Assembly (NCBI RefSeq): GCF_963921235.1
Contig: NC_086108.1
Span: 88,910,001 to 88,974,000 of the forward strand
Length of the DNA stretch: 64,000 nt
Reading direction: 5' to 3'
Source of the DNA: Mobula hypostoma
Lineage: Eukaryota
The notes below the pieces were generated by a model. The model ran no database searches, was not told the DNA's origin, and was given only the letters and a program-made list of their open reading frames with translations. This document shows positions 39,173 through 50,580 of the stretch, one piece after another (positions within the stretch are counted from its first letter, which is position 1; each line of letters starts with the position of its first letter). Position numbers and translations under genes: made by a program.

Positions 39173-40064
39173 ACTTGATGGTGGTATTAGCCCCACCCTC
39201 ATACATCTGAAAACTTATCCTGTTTTACCTTGTCACCAACATTGCCAGACCTTCTACGTATTTCCCACCTTTTCAACTTACAGACAGATACTGATAAAAG
39301 GATGCTACAAATTGCCAACACATTTTTGAGAAATATTTCAGAAAAACTTTAATCTGATGCTGTATAATAATAACTGTCAGGCAGACACTATTGATCATTT
39401 TTTATTAATGCAGAAATCTCTTTAATTTTTGAAAGAAAATAAGGTCACAACTGATTGAAAAATATATCTTTAGATATATAAAATAGCAGATTTGACACAT
39501 GAAGGAAGGAGAGGTACCACACTGAAATGAAAAGCTGTCATTTATGTTTTCTCAGTGGATTTTTTTTTGTGCAGAGATCAAGGTTCAGTACTTGTGAAGA
39601 CATCTTCCTGGTCCAGACATAATGAAGGATATTCACGATCAATATCCAACAAGAGCTCAGGGCAAGACTGCTGAACGATTCAGGCAGTTAACTGTATCAC
39701 ATAAACACTTACTTGTCTTTGAGAAAAGATCTATAAGGAGATTCAGTATGTTGAAAGCTTGCTGCGTTAGTGATCTCAAACCATGCCAGAATTAATGAAA
39801 TGAAGTTGCTTTGAAATTACACAACCACGAGAATTAACATTAATTTTGCCAGTTATATTAATCAGAACCTTAAAGAGCTCCAGTCTTAGCAATATAATGT
39901 TTAACCAGGTTGATTTGAATAACATATAACATTTGCTGAAGTGAGTTTGACTATTGAACACAAAAGTTTATAAAACTTTGACAACTTTCACAGTAAAAGA
40001 AAACAGCAGAAAAATAAATGAAGGCAGATTTATCATTCATTGGAAGGTTTGTCACTGACCTTAC

Positions 40065-40265
40065 CTTGAAGGCAGTAGAGTGGTGAAGGCTTCCCCGCCT
40101 GTTTGTGGAGTGAAGTGTTCAGTCGGGGAGCTCCTCAGATTTTCGCCTCGCAGCTGTTAAGTGCTGCAATGTATCAACATATCATAAATTCCTCAGGTCA
40201 CAGTCTGGCACAGGAAATCATTTAACAAAATAATGAAAGCTATGGTTTACGGCGACACAGTTATC
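40065..40265 (-). other. Putative internal non-coding (5'UTR) exon of a host gene, 201 bp; tentatively ZBTB20-like
   Basis: Minus strand: acceptor gttttactgtgtttaatttctgcag|GATAAC and donor TTCAAG|gtaagg; unique, CpG-retaining, stops in all three frames. Resemblance to a vertebrate ZBTB20 5'UTR exon (..CACTCCACAAACAGGCGGGGA..CCTTCACCACTCTACTGCC..) is from memory only and was not checked. Confidence 0.7.
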
Positions 40266-40425
40266 CTGCAGAAATTAAACACAGTAAAACTTATGCTCCC
40301 TTATCAATATTAAATTCAGATGCACCAGAAAACTTTGCAACTGAAGAAATCTGCATTAGTGGTTAATTTGAAAGAGCTCAATTTTTTATTTGATTTTCTT
40401 ATTATGCAATTGAAGGTAAGATTTT

Positions 40426-40657
40426 AAAAACGCAAACACGAGGAAATCTGCAGATGTTGGAAATTCAAGCAACACACATCAAGGTTGCTGGTGAACGCAG
40501 CAGGCCAGGCAGCATCTCTAGGAAGAGGTACAGTTGACGTTTTGGGCCGAAACCCTTCATTCAGGACGAAGGGTCTCAGCCCGAAACGTCGACTGTACCT
40601 CTTCCTAGAGATGCTGCCTGGCCTGCTGCGTTCACCAGCAACCTTGATGTGTGTTGG
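40426..40657. mobile_element. Young Penelope terminal-repeat fold-back insertion with perfect 16-bp TSD
   Basis: TSD TTGAAGGTAAGATTTT at 40410-40425 and 40658-40673; inverted arms of about 90 bp (40470-40560 versus 40565-40656). Confidence 0.92.
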
Positions 40658-40927
40658 TTGAAGGTAAGATTTTGTTACTTTTATATGGCGATTTGGTAGG
40701 ATATAAAGTAAGCATATCTCCACATAAATATAAATTGTAATGCATTATATCTATGTGGCATTTTCTTTGTTACTTTTAGTTTTAAAAATCTTGTAAAGAG
40801 CTGGTTTCTGACGCAGGGTCTGGATAATTTTGACTCCCTCTGATTTCAACCTTGTCTGCCTTTCCTCTTCTACTAACCACTCCCCTTCTACAGCTTTTAC
40901 CCAGAAGGTTGCTGTAAATGCAAAACC

Positions 40928-43900
40928 CTCACAAAATGCCAGAGGAACTTAGCAGGTCTGGCAGCATCAATGGAGGGAAATGAACAGTTGATATTTCAGG
41001 CCATGACGTTCATCAGAACTGGAAAGGAAGGGGGAAGATGCCAGAATAAGAAGGAGGACAAGCTACAAGGTGGTAAGTGAAGCCAGGTGGGTGGGAGGGT
41101 GAATGAAGAAGCTGGGAGTTGATGGGTGGAATGAAGGACTGAAGTAGGAATCTGATAGGAGAGGAGAGTGGACCATGGGAGAAAGGAAAGGTGGAGGGAT
41201 TCCTTCAGAGGTGATAGGCAGGTGAGGAAAGGCAATGAGGTAAGAGGGGCACAGAGTGGGGAATTGTAAAAGCTGGTGGGGGGGCAAGGGGAAGAATCAC
41301 TGGAAGTTGGAGAAATCGATGTTTATACCATCTGGTTGGAGGCTACTCAGACGGAATATGAGATGTTGCTCCTCCAATCTGAGAGCAGTGGCCTCGTTGT
41401 GGCCATCAGAATGGGAACGGGGATTGGAAATAAAATGGTTGGCCACTGGGTACTCCTGCTTTAGATGGATGGAACAGAGGTGCTCAATAAAGTGGTCCCC
41501 CAATCTAGATCAGGTCTCTCTTATAATGTGTAGACCTAATGCTTTTAGAGCAATGACTCCCTGTAGTACTACGTATGGACTAATAACTTACCAATGTGCT
41601 TTGATCTGTTGTCACTCTTTCTCTCTCTCACTGCAATGTGAATACACCAGTTAAAGCCATCTCCCACGTATATGATTTTATTTAATTGATATGTAGGTGC
41701 ACAGACACAACAAATTGGCGATGAGTACAAACCTGAATGTCAGAGAATATCACCAATTGCACTGGCAGTTACGGGATGATTACAGAATGAGACAGCGAGA
41801 GGAAAGAGTTAAACAATATGGAGTACGCTGTCACAGACGCTAACAAAGGGACACGTGAGTATTTGCCTAGCACCCAGTGTAAGACGCACAACGAGCAAAG
41901 TTAAAGTAAAAATAATGTAGCGATGGCTTTAGTTGGGAAAGTTGAATACAGTAATTTGATAATGCTAATGAAGGCTGGGAGTCATATATTGAGAGGGTTG
42001 AACTGTATTGTAATGTGAACAATATGGATGAGGAAAAGAAAGCTCCCAAGACTCTTAGCTTAATGGGTGCTTAAATGTACGGTTTCTTACACAACCTGGT
42101 AACTCCTGAAAAGGCAGGACAAAATTGCTGCAATTTTACAAAATCACTTGGGCACAAAACCACTGGTAATAGCTGAGACATTTAGAGTTCACAAAAATAA
42201 CCAGTCAAAGCATGAAAGCATTTCTGAATACATTACAGAACTGCACAAACTTTCCCAATACTGTGACTTTAGAGTTGGACTTTTTGATACATTAAGGGAC
42301 AGGCTTGGATGGGGCATGTATAGTCAAAGCACTCAAAAGAGGCTACTGTCAGAAAGAGACCTAACCTTAGAATGGGCATTGAACATTGCAATATATTTAG
42401 ACACTGCAGCCAAGGATGCAGCAGAACTACAGAAAAAGTGGTTAAATGTGAAATACACAAAATGCCCCTGAATAGTGCAAAAAGCCAAATATGTAATTGA
42501 TGTGGCAATTCCTCCCATGATTCAAATGACTCTTGGTTCAAGAAAAAGTCTGCAGAAGGTGTCATAGACAAGGTCACGTAGAGGGAATGTGCAAGGCAGA
42601 CAAAAAGCACACCAAGTGAAAGGTTTCACACACAAAACTAGCAAATGCATTAAGTGACCGAATGTGAAACAGAATCAGACAACACAGGTGAGCTGTCATG
42701 CCTAGAACTGCATAGTATTACTGAAGCAGATCACAAAATCATCTGGATCACAACAGATGTGTCTGGTGTAAAACTGAAAATGAAGCTGGATATGGGGTCA
42801 GCTTTGTCTATAATTTCAGGGGCTGACAGCAACAGACTGTTTTCTAAGCTACCATTAGAGAAGACCTTAGTGACGCTAAAGACCTACGCAGGTGAAAAGG
42901 TGTCTCCCAAAGGTAAACTGAAAGTGGATGTGATGTTTGGAGGCCAAAGACAGCAGTTAGAGCCTTATGTGTTGAAAAGTGGAAGGCCAGCACTTTTCAG
43001 ATGTGAACGGTTGAGAAAAGTCCAACCAGACAGGCACACAATCAAAGTTCTCAATGAGTCGTCAACAAGTAACTGCACCCCTGATGATAGCACTAACCAG
43101 AGACTGGCACAACTGTTTAATGCTATAATGAGAAGGTAGTAGAGATGAGCATGAAGGACACCTGGGTACAGATAAGATGAAGAGGCTCGCCTGGAGCTAC
43201 ATGTGGTGACCGGGAATAGATAGACAGATTGAAGACGTGACTAAAAGCCTTCTGGGATGCCAAAAGGTTTGAAATGTAACCCCACAGACACCGTTGTACC
43301 CATGGGAGTGGTTGTTGTCACCATGGCAAAGAGTTCATATTGATTTTCCGGGCCATTCATGGATTCTATGATTCTGAGTGCTCATTCAAAATGGCTGGAG
43401 GTCATACCAATGAAGTCAACCACCTCAGAAAAGGCTTTCCACTCTGAGTGCTATCTTCACCAGAAATAGCTTACCTGAAAAAAATTGTGAGTGATAATGG
43501 ATTACAATACACATCAGAAGAGTTCAGACTGTTCATGAAGAAAAATGGCATCAGTCATTTCAAGTTAGCTCCTCACCACCTGGCAATGAATGGATTAGTT
43601 GAAAGGTTTATGTAAACCTTCAAGAAGTCCATTAAAGTTATGGACAATGAGAACATTTCTCCACAGCATAAGGTGGACAATTCCCTTTTTGTGTATCGGA
43701 ACTCTGTTTATGTGACAACAAAGCAAACACCTGCAATGCTGTTCATGAGTGGGAATCTGAGATTTCACATAGACCTCCTGAAACCAGATCTACAGAGGGA
43801 AGTACAGAATAAACAGTTCAGCCAGTTGCCAAGTGAAGCAGCAAGGAGCTTCATGATTGGACAGGAAGTCCTAGAGCATGCTCACCAAGAGGCCAAGTGG

Positions 43901-45992
43901 ACACCTGGTAGGATAGCTACAAGAACTGGACTACTGTTCTTCACAGTCGACGTTGGAGATGGACACGTCATGTGGACGAGATACTGGACGCTCAACTGAA
44001 GAACAAAGTGGAGTCAACCGCATCCAACAAGACAGAAAAATTGCAGTCACCGGATTTACCTCTCAGTGATGATCATGTCACTGACAGCAATGTGACACCA
44101 GAAACCAAGGATGTTGCCTTTGACAAGACACCTGCCAAATTTAATGGATCCAGAGGTGCTACAAGAACATTGGCTTTGATAAGGCACCTACCAAACCTGA
44201 AGTCACTCCACAGGTCCAGTGGCACTATCCTGCAAGAAACAGAGCACCATCCAAAACACTGAATCTTTTACTATAGTGAAGTTGGTAATGGACCATTATT
44301 GTGAAAGCATGTTTATTTGGAATACAGTTTCTAAAAGGGAAATTGAATGTTTTGTACCTATACAGTTTTATATTACATTAATCTAAAGGGGGAAGAAGTG
44401 TAATGTATGGATCTATTTCTTTTAGAGCAATGACTCCCCTTAGCACTATGTATGCACTGGTAACTTACCTATGTGCATTGATCTGTTGTCTACACGTGTA
44501 TTGATTGCTCTCCCTCTCTCTTTCTCTTGCTGCAGTGTGAATACATCAGTTAAAGCCATCTCCCATGTGCGTGCTTTTATTTAGTTGATATGTAGTTGCA
44601 CAGACACAGCATCACCAGTGTAGAGGAGGCAGTATCAGATGCACTGAATACAGTAGACAATCCCAACAGATTTTCAAGTGAAGTCTTGCCTCTCCTGGTA
44701 GTTCTGTTTGGGACCCTGAATGGAGATGAGGGAGGAGGTGAACAGGCAAGGGATAAATGCCAGGAGGGAGACTACTGGGGAGGGATGAATGGACAAGAGA
44801 ATCATGGAGGGAGTGATCCCTGCAGAAAGTGGAGATTTGGGAGGAGGGAAAGATTTGTTTGGTGTTAGGGTCCCATTGAAGTTGATGGAAGTTGGGGAGA
44901 ATGATATGCTGGATGTGGAGGCTCATGGGGTGGTAGGTGAGGACAAGAGGAACTTTATCCCTGTTAAGGTGGTGAGAAGATGGGGTGAGCATGGATATCT
45001 AGAAAATGGAGGAGATATGGGTGAGGGCAGCATCAATGGTGGAGGAAGGGAAACTCCATTCTTTGATGTCCTGGAAAGGAAAGCCTCATCCTAGAAACAG
45101 ATGTGGCAGAGACAAAGGAATTGAGAAAAGGGAATAGCAATTTTACAGACAACAGGGTGGGAAGAGGCCTAGTCAAGATTGCTTTGGGAGTTGGAGGGTT
45201 TATAAAAGACGTCAGTAGAAATTTTGTCTCCAGGGATGGATCAGAGTTCAAGAAAAGGGAGAGGAGTGTCAGAAATGGACCAAGTGAACTTAAAGGCAGG
45301 GTGAAAGTTGAAGGCAAAGTTTATGAAATTGATGTGCTCAGCATGGGTACACGAAGCAGCAACAATGCAGTTGTCCATGTAGTGTAGGAAGAGTTGGGGA
45401 GTATTAGCTGGGAAAGCTTGGAACACTGACTGTTCTATGTAGCTAACAAAAAGGCAGTTATAACTGTGGTTCATGTGGGTGCCCTTGGCTACTCCTTGAG
45501 TTGGGTGGAAGTGGAGGAGCAGAAGGAGAAATTATCGAGTGTGAGGGCCAGTTCTGTCAGGTGGAGGAAGATGGTAGTGGAGGGGAACTGGTTGGGTCTG
45601 TTGTCGAGAAAGATGTAGAGAGATTTAAGGTTTTCTTTATGGAGGATAGAAGTCTATAGGGACTGGGAATCTGTAGTAAAAATGAAGTGACTCTCCTCCC
45701 TTATCAGATCCCTTCTTCTCCAGCCCTTACCTTTTCCACCTATCAACTCATACTTCATTCTCCCTACCCCACTCACCTGGCTTCGCCTATCATTTTTAGC
45801 TTGTACACCATCCTCTCCCACCTTATTATTGCTTCTTTTCCTTTCCTTTCTGGTTCTGATGAAGTGCCTTAGCCCAAAATGTTGATTATTTATTCCCTTC
45901 CATAGATGCTTCCTGTCTCACTGAGTTCTTCCAGCATTTTGTGCGTGTTGCTCAAAATTTCCAGCATCTACAGAATTTCTTGTATTTATGAG
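40928..45992 (-). mobile_element. Penelope-like retroelement (RT C-half, GIY-YIG end, terminal repeat) with an inverted terminal repeat at about 45690-45992; split by a Gypsy element
   Basis: Minus ORF 45241-45474 (..SYNCLFVSYIEQ..LFLHYMDNCI..FHPAFKFTWSISDTPLPFL, decayed YIDD), 44612-44992 (RDKVPLVLTYHP), 41297-41503 (PVANHF..LEEQHLIFRLSSLQPDGINIDFSNF); TSD ATGCAAAACC at 40918-40927 and 45993-46002. Confidence 0.9.
41522..44611 (+). mobile_element. Ty3/Gypsy LTR retrotransposon with both LTRs, decayed gag-protease-integrase, no RT/RNaseH
   Basis: 5' LTR 41522-41712 and 3' LTR 44399-44611 align; PBS-like ttggcgatgag at about 41715; PPT aaagggggaagaag before 44399; gag from ATG 41923 and ORF 42148-42471; protease-like LDMGSALSII in ORF 42654-43139; integrase HEGHLG from 43150 and ORF 43640-43999. 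Confidence 0.92.
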
Positions 45993-46914
45993 ATGCAAAA
46001 CCTGTACTTTTACTTCACAATAATTACTGCAGAGTATAGGGAACTAATCAGTTCCAAGTGAGGTAGTGAGTCACTTGCACCAAATTTCACTACAACTGTT
46101 GACAGAGCCATTGACTACAACATTTTTTCTGCACTTGGAAACTCCTCACCAGACAAAGCAAAGACAGAGATCCCTTGGTTCTCCCTTTCCATGACTTCAG
46201 TGTACATTTTCCCCTTCCCTCCACTTTCAGCATTCTGAAGGGAACAATCCCTTTGTGACCCCCTGAGCTCCTCTTCTCTATCTGTCAACCACCCTCCTTC
46301 TCATAACACCTTACCACACAACTACGTGAGGTAGTTTCCTGCCCGCCAACCAAGGACCCAAACAGAATTTCCATCTGAAGCAATGATTCAATTGCTGTTT
46401 ATTTTCAGTGCCTGCAGTTTTTCACTTTGATTTTCACTTGGCACATGTAGTTTTAGAGATGCAATTGATTTCTGAGCCTTTCATCTATAAATGAAAATAA
46501 AATCATTGATTTTAAGAGAAAGATATATTATCAACATGATCTCCTATTATTTTCATTTTCATATCATTTTGGACTCCTCTTAAATATCTATATCATATTC
46601 CAGCTATTCTCTGGTTAAGAAGTTTCTCCCAAATTGCTGAATGCATTCATGATTCTTGGTTTTGCATTACTTCATGAAAGAACATTTTTTTCTGTATATT
46701 GTAGCTATCAAATTATTCAAGTTGTAATTTTAGTGGCCCACATTGGACACTCTCCTTTATAACGAGAGTGAAGAAATAATCAATGTCCTGGCCTCAAGCC
46801 GAGTTGCTCTGCGGTACAGCAAAAGTATATCAATTAAAATATTGACTGTGTATTTCTATGAAAGCTCCATTATTTCAGTTTGTTGGAAATTTCTCCACAT
46901 GTGAAGAGAACCAT

Positions 46915-47036
46915 TGTCACACTGGGTGCGCCGAGAACGGACCCCAATGCGAGACACGGACACTGAGGTACAAGGAACAGGACTTATCCTGTCACGTCCC
47001 TACTCCAGTCAAGTCCTCAGCGCCCCCAGTGTGACA
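46915..47036. mobile_element. 122-bp mini element: TG...CA ends, 21-bp terminal inverted repeats, 5-bp TSD ACCAT
   Basis: Left TGTCACACTGGGTGCGCCGAG versus right (reverse complement) TGTCACACTGGGGGCGCTGAG, 19/21 identical; ACCAT at 46910-46914 and 47037-47041. Confidence 0.85.
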
Positions 47037-47144
47037 ACCATAACTCCAATAACTCAAAAGAACATGAACACCATCTGTACACCAACATACAGAAACTAAT
47101 AAAACACCAACACTAAGATGCAGAATAAACCAGCCCACTAATAT

Positions 47145-47460
47145 GGAATCGGAATCACTGACGAATGTCTTGAGATTTGTTTTGTGGCAGAAGTACAGTG
47201 CCGTACATAAGGTATACTATAAGGTAGAACAAAAAATAAAAAAAACATAAATAAATAGGCACAAAGAGAGCAGTGTAGTGACACAGTGTTCAAGAGTTCA
47301 TGGGCTGTTCAGAAATATGATGGCAGAGGGGAAGAAGCCGTCTCCAAAATACTGAGTGTGTGTTTATGTAGGTCACTGTACCTCCTATTTGATGGTAGTA
47401 ATGAGGAAAGGACATGTCCTGGGCAGTGGGGTCCTTCCTGATGGATGTGGCCTTTTTCAC
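47145..47460 (-). mobile_element. Rex1 3' fragment
   Basis: Minus ORF 47290-47472 (KKATSIRKDP) and antisense tail. Confidence 0.75.
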
Positions 47461-47509
47461 AACCCTGAACATACATGCTCATTTTATCCTTAGTCCATGA
47501 AATGAACCC

Positions 47510-47890
47510 GATATGTTCATTCGTTCTTTATGTGCCATGTCGTAAGGCATGGATGATCGCGGTCTTGCCATGACCATGACTGTTCTACAGAAGTGGTATG
47601 CCATTGCCTTCTTCCAGCAGTGTCTTTACAAGACAGGTGACCGTAGTCATTATGAATAACCTTCGGAGACTGCCTGGCTGGCGTCAATGGTCACATAACC
47701 AGGACTTGTGATATGTACCAGCTGCTCATATGACCGTCCAGCACCTGTTCCCCTGGCTTCAAGTGACCCTGATCATGGGGCTAAGCAGATGCTACACCTT
47801 GCCTTGCCCTAGGGGTGACCTGCAGGAGTGCCTTGAACCTCTTTTGGTAGAGATGTATCTCCACCCCACCATTCTTTCCACAGAAAGACT
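47510..47890. mobile_element. Unclassified interspersed repeat fragment
   Basis: GC-richer block starting gttcattcgttc (short tandem tail in antisense); family not assigned. Confidence 0.4.
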
Positions 47891-48509
47891 CCAAGCTCCA
47901 AGGGAATACCTCCACTAGAATAACAGCTCCCAGGGAACACCTTCACTAGACGAACTGCAAGATGGAGAAGATGACACACCAATATCTCCTCAAGGCCAGC
48001 TGGGGAAACATATTGCCAATGATGTTTGCATCCCATAAGTGAATATAATAAAGACATTTGAGGAGTATAAAGAAAGACCTTGTAATGTATCTCTTTGTTG
48101 CAACTCTCTACAATCAGGAACTAACAATTGGGTGGGGAAATAAGAGTTGGATCTCTGTATTGCACCTTCCTCTGAAAGGGGTTAAAATCTTGAAATACAC
48201 ATTTGCAACTAGGTGGGAAGTATGATCTTTGTCTAACTGTCAGAGAAGAGCAGTGGTCATAACTATAGGCTCATAGTAGTTGTTTGTGCAATGAACAAAG
48301 TGAATGTAGTCTGAAAGTAGAGTTTATTGAAAGATCACAGGGGAAAGAAAACAAGGCAGAACTTACAACAGCCACAATTATAAGGACAGCATAAAACTGC
48401 AGGGAGTAGAAGATAGCTATCACATTGATTGACAGTAGATGTGATTGATAGTAAAATGACCAAGTCTTTTGCAATTTATCAGGGAATAATATCAACAATA
48501 TATGCAAAC

Positions 48510-48728
48510 TTTCCCCTCTGCCATCCGATTTCTAAATGTACATTGAACCCATAAACACTATATACCTCAATACCTTTTATTTATTTCTGTTTTTGCTACT
48601 TACTTTAACTTAACAATTTAATTACTGTAATTCTTTTTTTCTCTATAGTTATCATGTATTGCATTGTGCTGCTGCTGAAAAGTTAACAAATTTCACGACA
48701 TATGCTGCTAATATTAAATCTGATTCTA
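48510..48728 (+). mobile_element. Rex1-type 3' tail
   Basis: ttcccctctgccatccgatttctaaatg...attaaatctgattct, antisense-equivalent to 31340-31570. Confidence 0.75.
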
Positions 48729-48890
48729 AAACCCGCTTAAAAATACTGTTTCATTAAAAAGCGATGTGACTCTTTTGGGGTGGGGAATTGTCAGGACAAC
48801 AAATAATAGCAGAAAGGTTCAGGGCCAAGCATTATAGATTGTGATGCTTTAAACCAAGTTGTAAATGGAGAACTGCATCTTTGTTTTGGT

Positions 48891-49772
48891 AACACACATC
48901 AAAGTTGCTGGTGAACGCAGCAGGCCAGACAGCACCTCTAGGAAGAGGTACAGTCGACGTTTCAGGCCGAGACCCTTCGTCAGGACTAACTGAAGGAAGA
49001 GTGAGTAAGGGATTTGAAAGTGGGAGGGGGAGGGGGAGATCCAAAATGATAGGAGAAGACAGGAGGGGGAGGGATGGAGCCAAGAGCTGGACAGGTGATT
49101 GGCAAAGGGGATATGAGAGGATCATGGGACAGAAGGCCTAGGGAGAAAGAAAAGAGGGAGGGGGGGGAAAAACCCAGAGGATGGGCAAGGGGTATAGTCA
49201 GAGGGATATAGGGAGAAAAAGGAGAGAGACAGAAAAAGGAGAGAGAGAGAGAAAGAATGTGTGTATATAAATAAATAACGGATGGGATACGAGGGGGAGG
49301 TGGGGCATTAGCGGAAATTAGAGAAGTCAATGTTCATGCCATCAGGTTGGAGACTACCTAGATGGAATATAAGGTGTTGTTCCTCCAACCCGAGTGCGGC
49401 TTCATCTTTACAGTAGAGGAGGCCGTGGATAGACATATCAGAATGGGAATGGGATGTGGAATTAAAATGCGTGGCCACTGACCCATAATCCTGTCCCATG
49501 ATCCTCTCATATCCCTTTTGCCAATCACCTGTCCAGCTCTTGGCTCCATCCCTCCCCCTCCTGTCTTCTCTTATCATTTTGGGTCTCCCCCTCCCCCTCC
49601 CACTTTCAAATCTCTTACTAGCTCTTCCTTCAGTTAGTCCTGACAAAGGGTCTCGGCCTGAAACGTTGACTGTACCTCTTCCTAGAGGTGCTGCCTGGCC
49701 TGCTGCGTTCACCAGCAACTTTGATGTGTGTTGCTTGAATTTCCAGCATCTGCAGAATTCCTCGTGTTTGCG
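48891..49772. mobile_element. Young Penelope-like insertion: 3' end plus inverted terminal repeat, perfect 13-bp TSD
   Basis: TSD TCTTTGTTTTGGT at 48878-48890 and 49773-49785; inverted arms of about 240 bp (48891-49131 versus 49491-49733); GIY-YIG C-terminal peptide VATHFNSTSHSHSDM..LEEQHLIFHLGSLQPDGMNIDFSNF in ORF 49308-49829. Confidence 0.93.
48952..48987 (-). ncRNA. Minimal type I hammerhead ribozyme motif in a Penelope terminal repeat
   Basis: Minus strand AGUC-CUGACGA-AGGGUCUCGGCCU-GAAAC-GUC-GACU: stem I AGUC/GACU, conserved CUGANGA and GAAA boxes, GUC cleavage triplet, vestigial palindromic stem III. Confidence 0.8.
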
Positions 49773-50277
49773 TCTTTGTTTTGGTGTTTTATTTATTGTT
49801 TGGAGCATAATTTCAATCACTATGGCCATTCAATATGCTGCACTGGTCTAAAACATTGGATGTTATGAACTTCTATTACCATAAGGCTTGAATACCCAGC
49901 CCAATATGGACAGTTACATGCAAATAAAGTAAACTCAATAATGTGATTTTGTTCCAGCGCTGCTGAGGTTAAAAATTTTTAATTTCAATTATCCTCTAAG
50001 GCAGTTGGCATGAACTAATGATGAAGAATGATAGATTTTTTTTAGGAAGCTATAGGCACAACCTTGAAGTGATCCAGGTGAAAATAAAGGTACTGTGCTT
50101 CATATGAAGGCCTGCTCTGTGGGGTTTGTCCCGCAATTACAGTGGTTGTGGACAAGGTCAATTCTATTGAAAGAGGAATTCCTGTTTTTATAGACGTGCC
50201 TGTTTAAGCTTTTGTATTTGCACTATCAGCTAATTAATCTTCATGGATCATAGGGAAGTAGCAAACAGTAGTCAGTT

Positions 50278-50580
50278 ATTTGCCACAGTAGCATGGTGGT
50301 TGGTATGTTGTATTACAGCCTGGGGCATTGCAGCTTTTGCAGTTCAATCTGACACTGCCTGTTAAGAGTTTGTACATTCTCTCTGTGAATGTGTGGGTTT
50401 TCTCCGGGTGCTCTGGTTTCGTCCCGCAGTCCAAAGACATATCGGTCAGTAGGTTAATTGTTCGTTGTAATTTGTCCTGTGATTGGGTAAGTGTTAAACA
50501 GGTGGGTTGCTGAGTGGAGCGACTCGTTGGGCCAGGCGGGCCTGTTTCATGATATATTTCTAAATAAATAAATAAATAGT
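50278..50580 (+). mobile_element. tRNA-headed SINE
   Basis: Head gccacagtagcatggtggtt, core gtgggttttctccgggtgctctggtttc, tail (taaa)n; antisense sister copy at 57060-57372. Confidence 0.82.

Noticed and set aside
39700..39800. Possible second minus-strand donor (ACAA|gtaagt near 39712)
   Set aside because: No convincing paired acceptor or exon character was found.
40065..40265. Coding or selenoprotein reading of the 201-bp exon (length divisible by 3; frame 1 is interrupted only by three TGA codons)
   Set aside because: The peptide resembles no selenoprotein I know, no SECIS can be tied to it, and the other two frames have early TAA stops; a UTR exon is the simpler reading.
40426..40657. 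Reading the fold-back elements as MITEs or miRNA genes
   Set aside because: The arms are Penelope terminal-repeat sequence, attached elsewhere to GIY-YIG coding ends, and the 10-16 bp variable TSDs fit retrotransposition.
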